In this document: in pieces, positions 48,328 to 61,925 of the stretch
How the letters are laid out: every line of letters starts with the position of its first letter
Numbering within the stretch: position 1 is the stretch's first letter
Origin: Macrostomum hystrix
Taxonomy: Eukaryota > Animalia > Platyhelminthes
NCBI GenBank assembly: GCA_950097015.1
Contig: CATNEN010000038.1
Coordinates: forward strand, 22,320,001 to 22,384,000
Reading direction: 5' to 3'
Length of the DNA stretch: 64,000 nt
Translations under genes and position numbers: made by a program
Notes under the pieces: generated by a model
Databases searched by the model: none
The model's input: the letters and a program-made list of their open reading frames with translations, nothing else
Told to the model about the DNA's origin: nothing

Positions 48328-51300
48328 TCATGCCACACTGTCGTCAGTAGGTGGCGATGTAATTCTCGTTCTGCGTCTCGCTTGAAACAAGTTTCCAGAC
48401 TGAAGCGCGCTTATTAAATCGTCCATCTCGCATTCAGGTTGCTGACGATTGAGCTGTTGCTGTTGCTGCTGCTGCTGCTGCCGCTGCTGTAGAGACTGCT
48501 TATTTTGCTGCTCCAGCGAAGGCATTTGCTTTTTCTGCTGACGACTCGGAACTAATTGCTGCTGCCGCTGCTGCTGCTGCTGCTGCGACATCTGACGTCG
48601 ACGTTGCTGCTCTTCGTTCTTCATCTGGTGACTGGCTTTGGCCACCTCTTTGGCGAATCGGGCCAACTCTTGCAGCAACGCGGGGTCGTCCTGCGGCTCT
48701 GCCAGGTATCTAAGAATTGCAGAAAAGATTTGGTAAACCCTGTGATTTGGTCTTCGGTCTACTGACTGAGAAGTCGGGAGTTCGAATCCAAAGTGACACA
48801 GTTCATGCCACATTAACTTTAACTTTTTTAGTTCCGCCAGCTGTAAAATTATTACCAGCATCAGTTACGGGCTGCTCAGTTGTACACAGCATTTGGAAGC
48901 GCCACTCAATGGCTGCTGCTGTAGTAACCGCTGTAGACCCAACCTTAATAACAATAAAAATTGCAGCAGGGCTGCGTGCAATGGCACATCATTCGGTGAC
49001 ACTAGACCCGCAGCCAGTGAGGAGGCAATTCTGCTCATTTCGCTGACTCCTGAGCACACACGCACACAGATACTGTACGCAGGCACACACTCACACAGGT
49101 GTGTACATCTGCCCTGACTTTCTCATCGTCAGGCAGTGTACACTCTCACTGTGCCCTGGAGGTTGGCCCTCAAGGGCGTCAATTGCAGGGCAGATTGCCC
49201 TCACAAACGTCAATTGCCCCCAAAGCCTTCTCTCAGCGGCTGCGCCCCAAATAAATGTGGCCTCACCATGGAATCGAGCTCAGGGACCTTGGTGCGAGAG
49301 GCAAACGCGTTAGACCACTCAAACCTTACAAACCTATTAAAACGCCGGTAATCTTACAATCGCAATCTTAAAATCATTAGTTCCTCTCACCTGTGCAGCT
49401 GATCCCACAGCGCCTGACATTCGGCCAGTGCTGTCTGCAAGCTGCGCAGATCGCTAGAAATTTGACGTGCTGTCTCCGGAGCCAATTGTTGACGGACAGT
49501 GTCTGTGAAGGCGGCGCTGAGAGCAGCTATTTCTTCAGCTAGCTCGCGTGGCGTCGGCGACCTTGCGGCCTGAGAGGATAAGAGGATAATTAGGGAAACT
49601 TAGTGTTGTCAGATCGTGGCGAAGTTTAGCGCAGTTGTGGATTTCGGTCCTCTTAAAAAAACATTCACACAAGTGCTCAAGGACGACACTGTGAGGGCGA
49701 GTGCAGGGCGATCTATGCGAAATGATTGATGAGAAATCCCCCTCGGATTTTTTGGCAGTGCCTGAATGCTAACGGCATTGGGTGCTGACTGATTGGTTAA
49801 AACACTAGGCGAGGGTGTGCTGCTCCTAATATAAGCATTTTGCGCCTGAAACGGGAGAAATTCGCGTCAGGGTGTCCATAGTGGCCTAATTCCACCTGTT
49901 GTAGCCCTTGAAGGTCCAGTAGTCCGTCTAGATAAAGGTAGGTGACCACCGAAGACGGAGATGATGCAGGTACATTAGGATGACATGCTGATAAATTTTG
50001 AAGTCCTGGTATGGCCGCACTGAGGCGCAGTGCTAATTCGTGTATCGTGGTGTATGAAGTACACTAGCGCTTATAGGAGAAATCAGATCTTCTGCAGCTG
50101 CCTTCGAGATTGAATATCTCGATTGCCTGAAGAGCTGACGACTTGATTATTGTTTCAGAAGACGCGCAACAAAAATTGGCCCGTGTTCTTCACATTCGTG
50201 TGTTTGCGTTGCTCCGCTTTAAGCAAAAAATGTCAGGAGGGCCCTTAGTAGTTCTACTGCTAAAGAGTTGGATGGAGTCAGGTCAGGATTTTTGGCCAGC
50301 TAGCAAACGGGGTTCTCACCGGCGCCAGCTGCTGCAGCTCAGACGGCAGCGCCATCAGGCTGGAGTCAAACTGAAGCAGGAAGTGCAGCGCAGTGGTAAT
50401 TGTCGTCGTCTTCGCAGTCGCCGCCCCCACCGACGCCGAGGATGATCGTGTAGCCGACGCCGCGGTGGTCTTGGCATCCGATAGGCGGCTCAGGCCCGAG
50501 GCGCGGACGCCTCTCAGAGCCTGGTTCGGGCTCGGACCCAGAAGAGCAGCCAGCGCCGCTGTCAGCGTTAGAAAGCGTCGTAGAGCTCGACTCTCCAGCG
50601 CCTGACGACAGGCCGCTGACAGCAGTGCTAGGTGCTCGCGGCAGTCATTGGCCTTCTCATTGAAGCCGTGACGGAAGGCCAGAGCTCGCAGCTTTTCAGC
50701 GCACTGTGGCGTGGAACTCAGACGGTGCATGAAGGCGGCCGCCTGTCCCTTGAATTAACAGACACAAGAGTCAAAGGTTCCTATCGTGAACCAGCTACTC
50801 GAGCCGCGGCTATAGGTCACATTAAGATCGTAGAATTTACGCCCCTAAGAGAGTGTGGTTTTTAGAGAGGTCTAAAAATCAGTGGGCTTATGTGCTACTA
50901 AGTGTCAGTGGAACATCTGAAATTGCCTCCTCGTTGGTCTTGTGCCAACTGACGCTAAAGGATGCACCAGATTAGCTACTTGGGCAGCGAGGATTTTTTC
51001 TAGCGTGGGAGGCCGCGCCTATGCCCCCACTACATGGGGGCGCCACTACCACTACATGGGGGCGCCGCTACCACTACATGGGGGCGCCGCTACCACTACA
51101 TGGGGGCGCCGCTACTACTACATGAGGGCGCCGCTACCACTAAATGGGGGCGCCGCTACCACTACATGGGGGCGCCACTACCACTACATGGGGGCGCCAC
51201 TACCACTACATGGGGGCGCCACTACCACTACATGGGGGCGCCACTACCACTACATGGGGGCGCCGCTACCACGACTAAGAAGCGCCACTACCACGACTAG

Positions 51301-54300
51301 GGCGAAGCTACTACCACGCAGCATCACTTATTAACCCACCACATTTGAAGTATAGTATTAGCAAATACCAGTGGTAGTTTTCCGACTGAGGCCCGCTTGA
51401 GTTCAGCGGCCTCCTCAGTGGTTGGCATAGCAACAGCGAGCAGCTGCTGGCACAGGTGCCCGGAGAGACAGTTGCCGGAGTCCATGCTGGCCACAGCTGA
51501 GACTAGTTTGTCCTCATCGATTTGCGACATTCGCAGACTCTGCAGCAGAATTTCTAGAGCCTTCCGTCGCTCCTGGCTGAGAATTTTAACATAGGAGGCG
51601 GAGAGACGAGCGCTCAAATGCTGACTGGCCGAGTACTGCTGCGGTTGCGTCTGCAACTGGAGCTCTGACTTATGCTCCCGCTGCTGCTGTTGCTGCTTCT
51701 CTTCAGCCCATGGGTCGTCACCGTCGGCCGAGTCGTCTATCACTGGACGATCGCCAAAAGTGCGTTCAATGTCTCGTAGGTTGAATTCGGCAATGGCCTG
51801 AAAAAGCCAGATAAGGTAATATTTTAGTGATTGTATTGGTTGCATTTAGCGGAGAGAAATAATTTACCTTCTCAACGCTGACCCGCGACCACACGCTATC
51901 GCGTCCCGGCTCTGTCGCCAGAAGCGGTGCGTGAAATCGACGAACCCGAATGCGAGGCCTAGCAAATTTCAACGGCGTTGAGCTGCCCGACGCTGTTAGA
52001 AGGCCGTTTGGCTGACCTCCGTGCGGAGGCGGCGGCGGTGGTGGAGGAGGTGGCGGTGGCGGTGGCGGTGGCGGCGGCGGAGGCGGTGGTGGAGCTGCCT
52101 GTGACAATCGCGCAGTTGAGTCCAGCTTGTCTGAAAAAATAGATGAGCACAGATTAAATACCTAGCTAGAGTTTTACTCTCTGGAGATTTACTTCAAGAT
52201 CAATGGAAAAGGCAGAATTGCCTCCTCGTTGACGATATGATGTTGATACACTGAGAGAAAACTTAAAAGGATTAAATGTCCATGACGGTTTAGGGGAACA
52301 CATTCTCTGGCCAGGCCGGGCCAGCGTAAGGGCACCATCACTGAACGGCTTGAGTGTTACATCTCCGGTCATTTTACGAGGCCGACTTCCTTACCCATCC
52401 AGCTTTTATCTTCTCCCGGACACTTACCCCCATTTTTGGCTTCGTTGGCCAGCCGTGTCTCAAGAATCGTCACCGCGCCTCGCAGCCGGCTTATCTCGGC
52501 AGCCTGCGCTTCCAGCAGCTGATCCTTGCCTGCCAGAGAGCGCCTCCCGGCCTCCAATTCGTCCTGCATCAGCCGGCCGCGGTGGCGCAAATCGTCAGCC
52601 TGCGCAGCCAGACTGCGGCACCCGGCCTCCAGCTCTTCCAGCCGGTGCTCCACCCTAGCGACGCACAGTCCGGGCAGCAGCCGCATCGCATCCTCGTCGT
52701 TGTTGACATCATCAACTTCACTCGCGTCGCACAGCTGCTCCATCATAAGAGCGCCAAGTCTAAGCCGAGCATGTCGACCCTCAGCTAGCATCAGGCCGCA
52801 CGTCTCCAGCATGGCGCGTCCGTGACAACCGTCGTCAAGTAGCGTCAGAGTGGCACCCAGATCCTCGTCGGGCGCCGATGCGTACAGCCAGGATGCCATC
52901 TCGGTGGCGTCATCAGCGGCCAGGCTGCGGAAGGCCTCGCACTGGCTGTAAAAGTTCGGCGCCAAACGGTGAGGCGACTCAGCCAGGAGCTGATCAATTC
53001 CCCACCTGCGCAGGTCGGCTCGAAGCAGAGCCCGACGTCGCAGTTGACTCCGGCGCAACTGATCGCTTGACGCCTTCGAGTTCACTGGCTGCGCCGGTGG
53101 AACGCAATGAAGCAGCGAGTTGATGAGCGCCAGCAGGGACACGGCGAGGTCAACGCTGCCCGCCCAGGCCAGCTCGCGAACCAGAAGGTGAAAACGTCGA
53201 CCACCGGCGATGGCTTGGCGATCGATCGCTTTCATCACCCGACGCCAGCCCGCGCCCAGGGCCAGCACCGCCAGTATGTTGCTGGCGTACAGCTTGGCGT
53301 GACTATTCACCTTGGTCACCAGGGCGCCTAGCAACGCATCAGTCAGGCTTGGGTGCTCGGCGACAGCGTCGCGGCCAAGCTGGATGTTCATGGCGCAGTA
53401 CAGGCAGCGCAAAAGACTGACGGCGATGGCATCGTCATAGCTGTCGATGGACAGAACTTCGGACAATGCGTCCAGACCGCCGCCGTCAAGAAAAGCGCGA
53501 ACGAAGCTGATTGGCTGTGAGCGCAGTGAGGCTGACAAGCCGTCCAATAGGCGTGCTGGTGAGTCATCGACAACCATGCGCTTTGGGTTGGAGAAATAGG
53601 AGTTTCATTTTCATTTACGATACGCAGCCTAAAAAACAAAAGGCCTAGTAAACTAAAAAAAGAAATAAAAATATGTCGTCTCGTTGTCATTTAAGCTATC
53701 GCGTAAACCGATTTTCGTTGCTAAGAACAAACATAATTCTATATCTTTTCCTCAAAATGTTTATTATACGAGGTACCTTAATATGCTTTACAAGCTACCT
53801 GAACGGTTTGACTTAAGTTTTTAAAACCCTTAGCTTTAAAAAATCCGGCTTTAAAAAATGCCTCTTTGAAAACTGCAATATTAAAAACTTTCCGGCTTTG
53901 GAAACTTCCGCGTTGGAAACTTCTGCCCCAAAATGGAAAATAATGAAACCTTCTACTTTATACCACCCCTGGAGCGAATAAGTAAAGTAAATAAGTAAAT
54001 AAGTAAATGAGGTTGTAGCCTAGTGGTTAAGGTGTCGGACTCACGACTTGAAGGTCGGGTGTTCGATTCCCGACTCCACTGGAACAATTTGCGTCCTTTA
54101 GCAAGACACTTAACTCTACATTGCTTCAGTTCACCCAGCTGTTAAATGGGTACCAGCATCAGCTGGGATAATTAAAGGTGGGTGTGGCGTCCCCCCAGTC
54201 CGTGGACTGAACAGCTGTACGCAGCCTTCAGATGCGCCGCGCATTAGCTGCGGCTGTGCTGTCGGCTGCACATCTGACCCAATTGGGGCAGGTGTAATCA

Positions 54301-57300
54301 ATTAAAAAAAAATAAGTAAACAGAAACTATAAATATATTACCTGCGACATGAGCTTCAGATAGTAGAGGTAAACAGAGAGCTGGTTTTTGTCATCGCTGT
54401 TCGGGTTATCCTGAAATATGAAAAATTATGTGTCTTTTAAATGAGTTATTATCGGACTTTTGACCCAAACGGCTATAGTTTGAAACTTTGCCCTGGGGAG
54501 AAAACTTTTATTCTTAAACCTGTAGACACTGGCTGCGTACAACTGGTCAGTCTATGGACTAAGGGGGCCACACCCACTCTCAACTTAACCAGCTAATGCT
54601 GGTACCAATTGAAGCTATATGCTCACAGAGTCATTTTTCTTGCTAAAGGACACAAATTGCTACTGTGGAGTCGAAAATCGAACTCTCGACCTTCCAGTCG
54701 TTCTAACCAACAGTCTACAAACCCCTATGCGTCAATGGACTGAATGACTGTACAAAACAACCAATAGCTGCGGCTTCTGGTACTAGCTGTACATCTGGCC
54801 AAAATACGATTTAAGCAAGGCCTGGTGCAATAATTCTGGTACAAACTGTACTGTGATTTGTTGCGACACTCGTTAAAATGAACATCATAAACTTGTGAGG
54901 GAAATGTTTTCAAGATGAACAAATAATCAGAGACTCTAACTAGTATATTGTGAGCAGTTATTAAAGGGCTTACGGTTCCAGTGCTATTTACTTAGCTTCA
55001 AATGCTTGCGTAAGATAAACTTGATTTCTCATTGTCTTAAAAATCTACGGTCAAGTTGCCACGACTGGTGAACGTACTCATTTTTGCTTATTTTTTTACT
55101 TACTTACCTTGAATTAGAGACAGAAAATTCCAAAATTACCACTGGTAGTAATGCTTTTAGTTTAGGAAATGGACAATTATTATCGTTTTCAATATTACGC
55201 TCGTAGCTTCGACAACATTGTGAGGTAGGGAATAGCAGACAAAGTTTTCATAAAGAAAATTATTTTTTTATCAGCAATTGGTAAATAATGGCAAAGGCAT
55301 TGCACTAAATACTTATCATGGCAGCATGATAGCATGGCTCTCAAGCGTGTCTGATAACAATAGCACAAATGTTAGTACTTTTACTACAGTCAATGAGATA
55401 CGAGACTTAGCTTTTTTAAGCGCTGTGATTTTGTATTTTACACGATCTTGTACAGGCCCTTCTAATAACCATTTTAGCGGGATGAGTAGCAGAGTGGTAA
55501 ATGCGCGCCAAGGTCCCTGTGCTCGACTTTGCGGCGAGGCCGCATTCATTTGGGGCGCAGCCACGGAGAGAAGGCTTGGTGGCTTGTCGTGCAATTTACG
55601 CCCTTGAGGGCCAACCTCAAAGGCACAGCGAAAGTGTACACTGCCTGACGATGAGAAAGTCTGGGCAGATGTACACGCCTGAGTAAGTGTGTGCTCAGGA
55701 GTCAGCGGAATGGACGGCATGGCCTCCTCGCTGGCTGCGGGTTTAGTGTCACTAAATGATGTGCCGTTTCCTGCAGCCCCCCTGCAAGTTATTGTTGTTA
55801 TTATTATTATTATTATTCTTATAATTAAGGGCCATTAGATATAGTATTTAATGGAACAATGTGGACATATAAAATCTACAAAATTAGTAAGTATAAAATA
55901 AATACTAAGATTGCAACGTCATTGCAAAAACTGACTAATGTACTTTGACGATAGTTTTTGGCACTGTATAGCGATTATCTGAGCTGGCTTAACGGATGAG
56001 CTGTTCAAGCGCTATGCTTCGCGTATCTCAGATGTTAAAAATAAACTAATTTGATAAGAACACACACGTGCGTGAAACGCATATCTTTTCAAGTGATTTT
56101 ATCTAATGTCGTAGAGTTGTTATTTTTAATTTGTTTGTCTGCATCCTATTTTAGACAACGCGTTATGCTTCAGAAGCTTAATAAGCTTGATATGGAAACA
56201 TCAATTAATTAATTATTTGATTGATTACACCTGTCCCAATCGGGCCAGATGTGCAGCCGACAGCACAGCCGCAGCTATTGCGCGGCGCATCTGAAGACTG
56301 CGTACAGCTGTTCAGTCCATGGACTGGGGGGGACGCCACACCCACCTTCAATTATCCCAGCTAATGCTCGTACCCATTTAACAGCTGGGTGAACTGAAGC
56401 AATGTAGTGTTAAGTATCTTGCTAAAGGACACAAATTTTTCCAGTTGAGACGGGACTCGAACCCCCGACCTTCAAGTCGTGAGTCCGACGCTCTAACCAC
56501 AAGGCTACAACCTATTTCTAACATAATGTAACATGATAGAAACATGATTGATACAAAGATGACTAGCTTGTATTTTTTCATTTCTGAGCTTGCAACCCAA
56601 AGTAGGCCTATGCATAGCCTGAGTACCAGCATCAGCTGGGGGAATTGAGGGCGGGTGTGGCGTCCCCCCAGTCCATGGACAATTCAGTCCATGGTACGCA
56701 GCATTCAGATGCGCTGCGCAATAGCTGTGCTGTCGGTGTGAAGTTTATGACTTAAGAAAAATTATGCGTGTCTTAATTGAACTATACAGGCAATCCAGGG
56801 TTTCCCATTAACGTTTGTACTGCGAACTGTGCATAATAACAAATTCTCTCTTTGTCAGGTTGGTTAGGCTAATAGGCAGTTAGTTTAGAAGGTGCACAAG
56901 TTTATTCCTGCAAGAGCTAACTAAATATTGCTTTAGTTAAACTGGTCTATTGGCCGTACTCCATAAATGATCGAAATTCTGCTGGCTAACTTTCCACCAA
57001 TCCTTTACTCGCGTTGAGAATTGCAACCTCATTAACCAAGCCACTTGCTTTACATATATTTGTTTCCATAAGAAGCCTCCATGTAGTAACTAAACTAGAA
57101 ATTAGGGAGAGAACTAATCGTATTAAGTCACCCGCTCACTGACAGCAACATTGGGGTTAAAAATCGGTCCTTCTCATTTCAACATTCTAAGGTAGTAGGT
57201 AATATAAGTATTCTATATAGTGTGTTTCTTTTTCTCAAGTATTCATACCAGAACTTGTAAAACTTGTTACACAGCAACTTGTTGATGTTACCAAAAGCTA

Positions 57301-60300
57301 TATTAAAAATGTTGATATTCAAAATATTTTTTCATAGTATTTATGAAGCACACATATTAAAAAAAAATAAATTTTCACATGCATACATCTCTCTTCAAAA
57401 AATGTGGCTCGCGTGTTTTCTAGATCACCTGTTCCTCATGAGTCATATTTCAGAGGATCACCTGTTCCTCATGAGTCAGATTTCAGTGGATCACCTGGTC
57501 CTCATGAGTCATATTTCAGAGGATCACCTGTTCCTCATGAGTCAGATTTCAGTGGATCACCTGGTCCTCATGAGTCATATTTTAGAGGATCACCTGTTCC
57601 TCATGAGTTAGATTTCAGAGGATCACCTTCACCTGTTCCTGATGAGTCATATTTCAGAGGATCACCTGTTCCTCATGAGTCAGATTTCAGTGGATCACCT
57701 GGTCCTCATGAGTCATATTTTAGAGGATCACCTGTTCCTCATGAGTTAGATTTCAGAGGATCACCTTCACCTGTTCCTGATGAGTCAGATTTCAGAGGAT
57801 CACCTGTTCCTCATGAGTCATATTTCAGAGGATCACCTGTTCCTCATGAGTCAGATTTCAGTGGATCACCTGGTCCTCATGAGTCATATTTTAGAGGATC
57901 ACCTGTTCCTCATGAGTTAGATTTCAGAGGATCACCTTCACCTGTTCCTGATGAGTCAGATTTCAGAGGATCACCTGTTCCTCATGAGTCATATTTCAGA
58001 GGATCACCTGTTCCTCATGAGTCAGATTTCAGTGGATCCCCTGTTCCTGATGAGTCATATTTCAGAGGATCACCTGTTCCTCATGAGTCAGATTTCAGAG
58101 GATCACCTGTTCCTCATTAGTCAGATATCAGAGGATCACCTGTTCCTCATTAGTGGGATTTCTGAGGATCACCCGTTTTCCGATAAATGGGATTTCAAGA
58201 ATCATCTTGTTCTTGTTCTCCAAAGATGGCATTGCGGATCACCTGTTATTTAAGTGATAGGTGGGAATAACATATTTCAAGAAGTATTTTTTACTGCCTG
58301 TTACTAAGTTTCTAATAGTTCCAGCTAGATCATTTTTATATCTCCGTTTCGAATTCAATCGTGGGAATCGAGCTTGATTGTGTTTACATTTCAGGCGCAA
58401 TCATATGGAAATGTTTAGTTTTGCGTAATAAATTCTAGCATTATTTAGGAGCTCTAGCCACAAGTATTATAAATAGAATATTATAAAAAACAAATAAACT
58501 GAAGAGGCCAAAGTGTGTTCTGTTGCTAGAGGTTCCTCTCAAACCTTCCCAGGGACTCCACCCAGTAGCGATATCGAAATCTGCATAAATGCAAAAATAC
58601 CGGATCTTAGGGTCAGTTGGCAAGGCTGCTTTAAGGAACTTTCATTTAACACTATTTTCATTCAAGCTGAATACACGTCTTTGAATAATAGATCACATGA
58701 TTTTGGAGGTCGAGAGCTCGAATATCAGCCCCATTGGAAGTCATAATATTTTCCTATCTCTTATCCTATCTACTAAAATCACACTAAAAACAAAGACGAA
58801 TTTGATGTCTGCGGTCATCGTGTTGTCTATGGCCTATGTGCCTCATGTTTAGCCTACATCTTAGATTATGTCTATGGTCCAAGCAAGCCTTTAAGTAGTT
58901 TAAAAATAACATGGTTTAGCCAATTTAAGCAAAAAGACCACTTTACTATCGTGCAACAAAGTTTAAGGTCCAACACTGGTTCGACAAATCGATTTTGCCA
59001 TAGACTAAGCAGAAAATACTCATTCTATTGTTCGGCATTGGATCGCTAATTTTAATTCAAAGCAACAGATGGAAACTTCGAAGCAAGAATATTTAAATAA
59101 TTTTCCGCATATCGCGAGTGCAACTTCCTTCCACTACAAGTAGCGGCTTTGGTATAGTGCTTAAACAAATGAAAATTGTACTTTTAACTTTCCTAAGGCT
59201 TGGCATGCTTTGTGGGCACCTGACTCATTCGCCTATAGATCTCAATCTGCGGTTTTTAACGTGCAGCGTGAGTCATAGTTATTTTTGTTAGGAGAAAGCT
59301 TTACATCACTCAGCAACAATCAGAAGAAAAGTGAGAAAGGGAATTTAGAGATTTATTGACTGTTCTATACGACCCAAGAAACACATTTACCGTTAGCAAT
59401 TGGGGTTACTGTGTACAGTTCGCGACCTATTCCCTAATCTCTTATTACTTTCTTTGCTCTCAAATTCTTTTGTACAAGCTCATCGATATAAAATTCTCCC
59501 CATAGTGTGCAATGCGGAACAATAGTACCATAGCAAAAATGGTGAGCTTTACAATTGTTTAAACTTGGCTTAATATTTTCTGCTTAACACTACATTTTTA
59601 GCTGCAGACTTTGAGTAAAGGACGGGTATTGAGTTGGCGAGAGAGAAATGAAGTGGAAAATGGAAGTGGTGAAGTACACTCATACTATAGCATGCAATGT
59701 ACGCAAGATAGGATTGCTGTATAGACCGTGGAACTGAAGCAGGGCTTGGGAAGGACAACGCCCTTCGGGTTGCGCATTGAAAGAATCCCAAGGAAATTTC
59801 TCCCACCCACCTCGTCAAATTGCAGCTAAATAAAATGCATGCCAATGCCTCATATGCACAATATGCACAGCTGTTGCACAAAATGCGTGAAGCTTTGTAT
59901 TCTCTTTAGTTGACTGACAAAAATTACTTAAAGATTAGCTGTAGGTCTCTAACATTCAGAAAGTAAAGGGTCAACAAGGATAGACTTATATGTTTCATAA
60001 ATACACCTGGGGAGGATTAGTAGGTAGAATCGAAGGGCTTTGGTTACTCAGGCTCTCTGCTGCATGCTCGTGTTGCTAAAAATAGCAAGTTGCTCCTAGA
60101 GGGGATGAAATAGTCCCATTCTTCCCAGCGCTATTCCACCCATCGGCCATCAGACAAATGCAAATTAAGGCAGCTTACTTTGGCCAGGTAGACAGAATAG
60201 AGCTGCCACTTTTTCTCCGGCGGTAGAGATGCGGCCTTCTCTTTTGCGTCGCTGTTTTCGAATAGGTCGTCCTGTCATCGAATATAATGGTGTAAGATGC

Positions 60301-60616
60301 AAACTCGCTACACATAAAACTCGTACAGGACTTAATACTTCAGTACAAATCCGGGGTTAATCCGGGGGGTAAAGAGACTCACAATAATGTTATTAAAACA
60401 CCGATCGACCTCTTCGTCCGTTTCCGGCCGCACCAATTCGTCTGGGTTGGCTAGCGACAAGCCACCCTGCGAGACCGCCTTGGTCTGCTTGTTCAGTTGC
60501 TGTCTGGAGTTGCCGAATTCGTCCTGCTCGCCGACAGTCTGCTGAGCAGACGACTGCGGCTTCTGCGCCAAGCCGCCTCCCATCCCGCGAGGGAGGCAGC
60601 AGCGCAATTTCGACAA
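48328..60616 (-). CDS. DAAM: DAAM-type formin; exons about 60616-60383, 60271-60179, 54410-54342, 53580-52428, 52130-51868, 51797-51369, ~50748-50320, 49569-49391, 48840-48328
   Basis: N-terminal CC, LPPEKKWQLY (GBD), LRSQPISFVRAFL (FH3), poly-Pro FH1, FH2 remnants (SVW, LSRLSDAKT, TALHFL), DAD MDDLISALQSGNLF-RRR; first exon not found. Confidence 0.82.
48958..49320 (-). mobile_element. SINE family B, near full length (intronic)
   Basis: reverse-complement match to 6895 and 55478 copies. Confidence 0.85.
51025..51320. repeat. 22-bp intronic minisatellite
   Basis: unit CTACCACTACATGGGGGCGCCG. Confidence 0.9.
54009..54304 (+). mobile_element. SINE family A, full-length reference copy
   Basis: A-box TAGCCTAGTGG, B-box GTTCGATTCC, then GTCCTTTAGCAAGACACTTAAC..CTTCAGTTCACCCAGCTGTTAAATGGG resembling the CORE domain. 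Confidence 0.88.
54530..54724 (-). mobile_element. degenerate SINE family A
   Basis: CAGCTAATGCTGGTACC, CTTGCTAAAGGACACAAATTG, AATCGAAC retained. Confidence 0.7.
55478..55820 (+). mobile_element. SINE family B, full length
   Basis: head GAGTAGCAGAGTGGTAAATGCG, family body, (TTA)n tail. Confidence 0.85.
56216..56513 (-). mobile_element. SINE family A, full length
   Basis: near-identical reverse complement of 54009-54304. Confidence 0.88.
56623..56737 (+). mobile_element. SINE family A, 3' fragment
   Basis: GTACCAGCATCAGCTGGG...GCTGTGCTGTCGG. Confidence 0.7.
57420..58175. repeat. 33-bp intronic minisatellite, about 22 copies
   Basis: unit GAGGATCACCTGTTCCTCATGAGTCATATTTCA with periodic 6-bp insertion. 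Confidence 0.95.
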
Positions 60617-61835
60617 CTGGAATCGATATTAGCAGGCCGTAAAAATTAGTATAAGATTTGAGAAAATTCTGCCATCACTTCACGCAAGCTTTTGATTAGT
60701 AATTAAGTATATGAAAATAAAATAGCTAAATAGCATTAGATAGCACTGATAGCTTTAATTTGCACATCAGGTGTGACGCTGTTATTAAAAATTATCGGAC
60801 TAAAAGGACCGTAATCTAATAGAAAATTCCTTTATAACGTTTTGTAAAAATTGGCGCTTCTTATCCAACTTCAATATAAATATTCAAAGCAGAGTCCTAG
60901 ATTTTCGATTTCATTATTTTTAAGCTAAAATCAGTAGCAGTTTTCGACATAAAAAAGGGGCTGTAAACAAATATACACACTTCCAAAAACTATAGGATTC
61001 TATATATAAACAAAAACGAATCACTATTATCGCGTGCCGCTTTGTTTTGGTTGTCGATCTTAGACTTCATGTTTCTGCAGAATGTGGGTTGCGAAAATAT
61101 TTCATTTTTAATTAATGATCTAACGAAAGAATCTAATTTATGATCTAACGAAAGAATTCTGTCGTGTCGCTTTCCAAGCTTGAAGAAAGGTATTAATAAA
61201 AGAAATGAATATATTCCAATTCGAAATATGGGCTTTGCAAAAGTATACTGGTGCTCACACTAAGTCCAGGAGTTCAAAATGCTTTCTTTGAAATCGAATG
61301 TTTTAAATTGATTCATCGTTTTTTGTTTTTGCTGTCATCGCGCGTTTGTTGTGCAACGATTGACTTAATTTATTGCATAGTTTTGATATTTACTTCGCTA
61401 AATGATAAATGTATTTTATACGTAGATTGCAAGGCTAATTAAATAAGATTGATTTGTTAATTATAGCGGTTGTAGCAATGCCGTTTTAAATGAGCAGACT
61501 TTATTAAGTTTTTATATAGTCGACCTTGGTGATTGATAACATATTATAATAATTTTAACCTTAGACTCGTAACAATTGAATCTTTATTATTTTATGTTAA
61601 GTTGCAGTTTTTTCTGCGTATTGGTTTTTGCAGAAGCTTTTATTCGTAGTTTTTTACATTTTTTAACCACTATTTTTATTTAGATTTGTTTCTAATTATC
61701 AAAACATATTTAGGCCTAGTTTAAGACACTGCTCCCACTGACACTGGCAATTAGCATTGATGTGCATAAAATAAACTTCAGCCTGCCAAGGGTATATATG
61801 ATAGGCGAGGATTTTTAGGCTAATAATTATAATAA

Positions 61836-61925
61836 TAATTGATTACATCTGCCCAAATTGGGCCAGATATGCAGCAAACAGCACTACCGCAGCTATTGCT
61901 TAGTGCATCTGAAGACTGCGTATGA
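61836..61925 (-). mobile_element. SINE family A, 3' fragment
   Basis: AATTGATTACA..GGCCAGAT..CCGCAGCTATTGC..CATCTGAAGACTGCGTA. Confidence 0.7.

Noticed and set aside
49035-49145. Hammerhead within SINE family B (CTGACGA...GAAA)
   Set aside because: Stems II and III cannot form; CTGAC pairs with the adjacent GTCAG
49620-50280. Moderate-GC intronic segment, possibly an old transposon
   Set aside because: No convincing motif, terminal repeat or second copy seen
54009-54085. tRNA gene
   Set aside because: A and B boxes present but no good acceptor stem, and it continues into a dispersed SINE body
61025-61070. Candidate first exon of the formin (MKSKIDNQNK...)
   Set aside because: Its donor is phase 1, but the next exon needs phase 0
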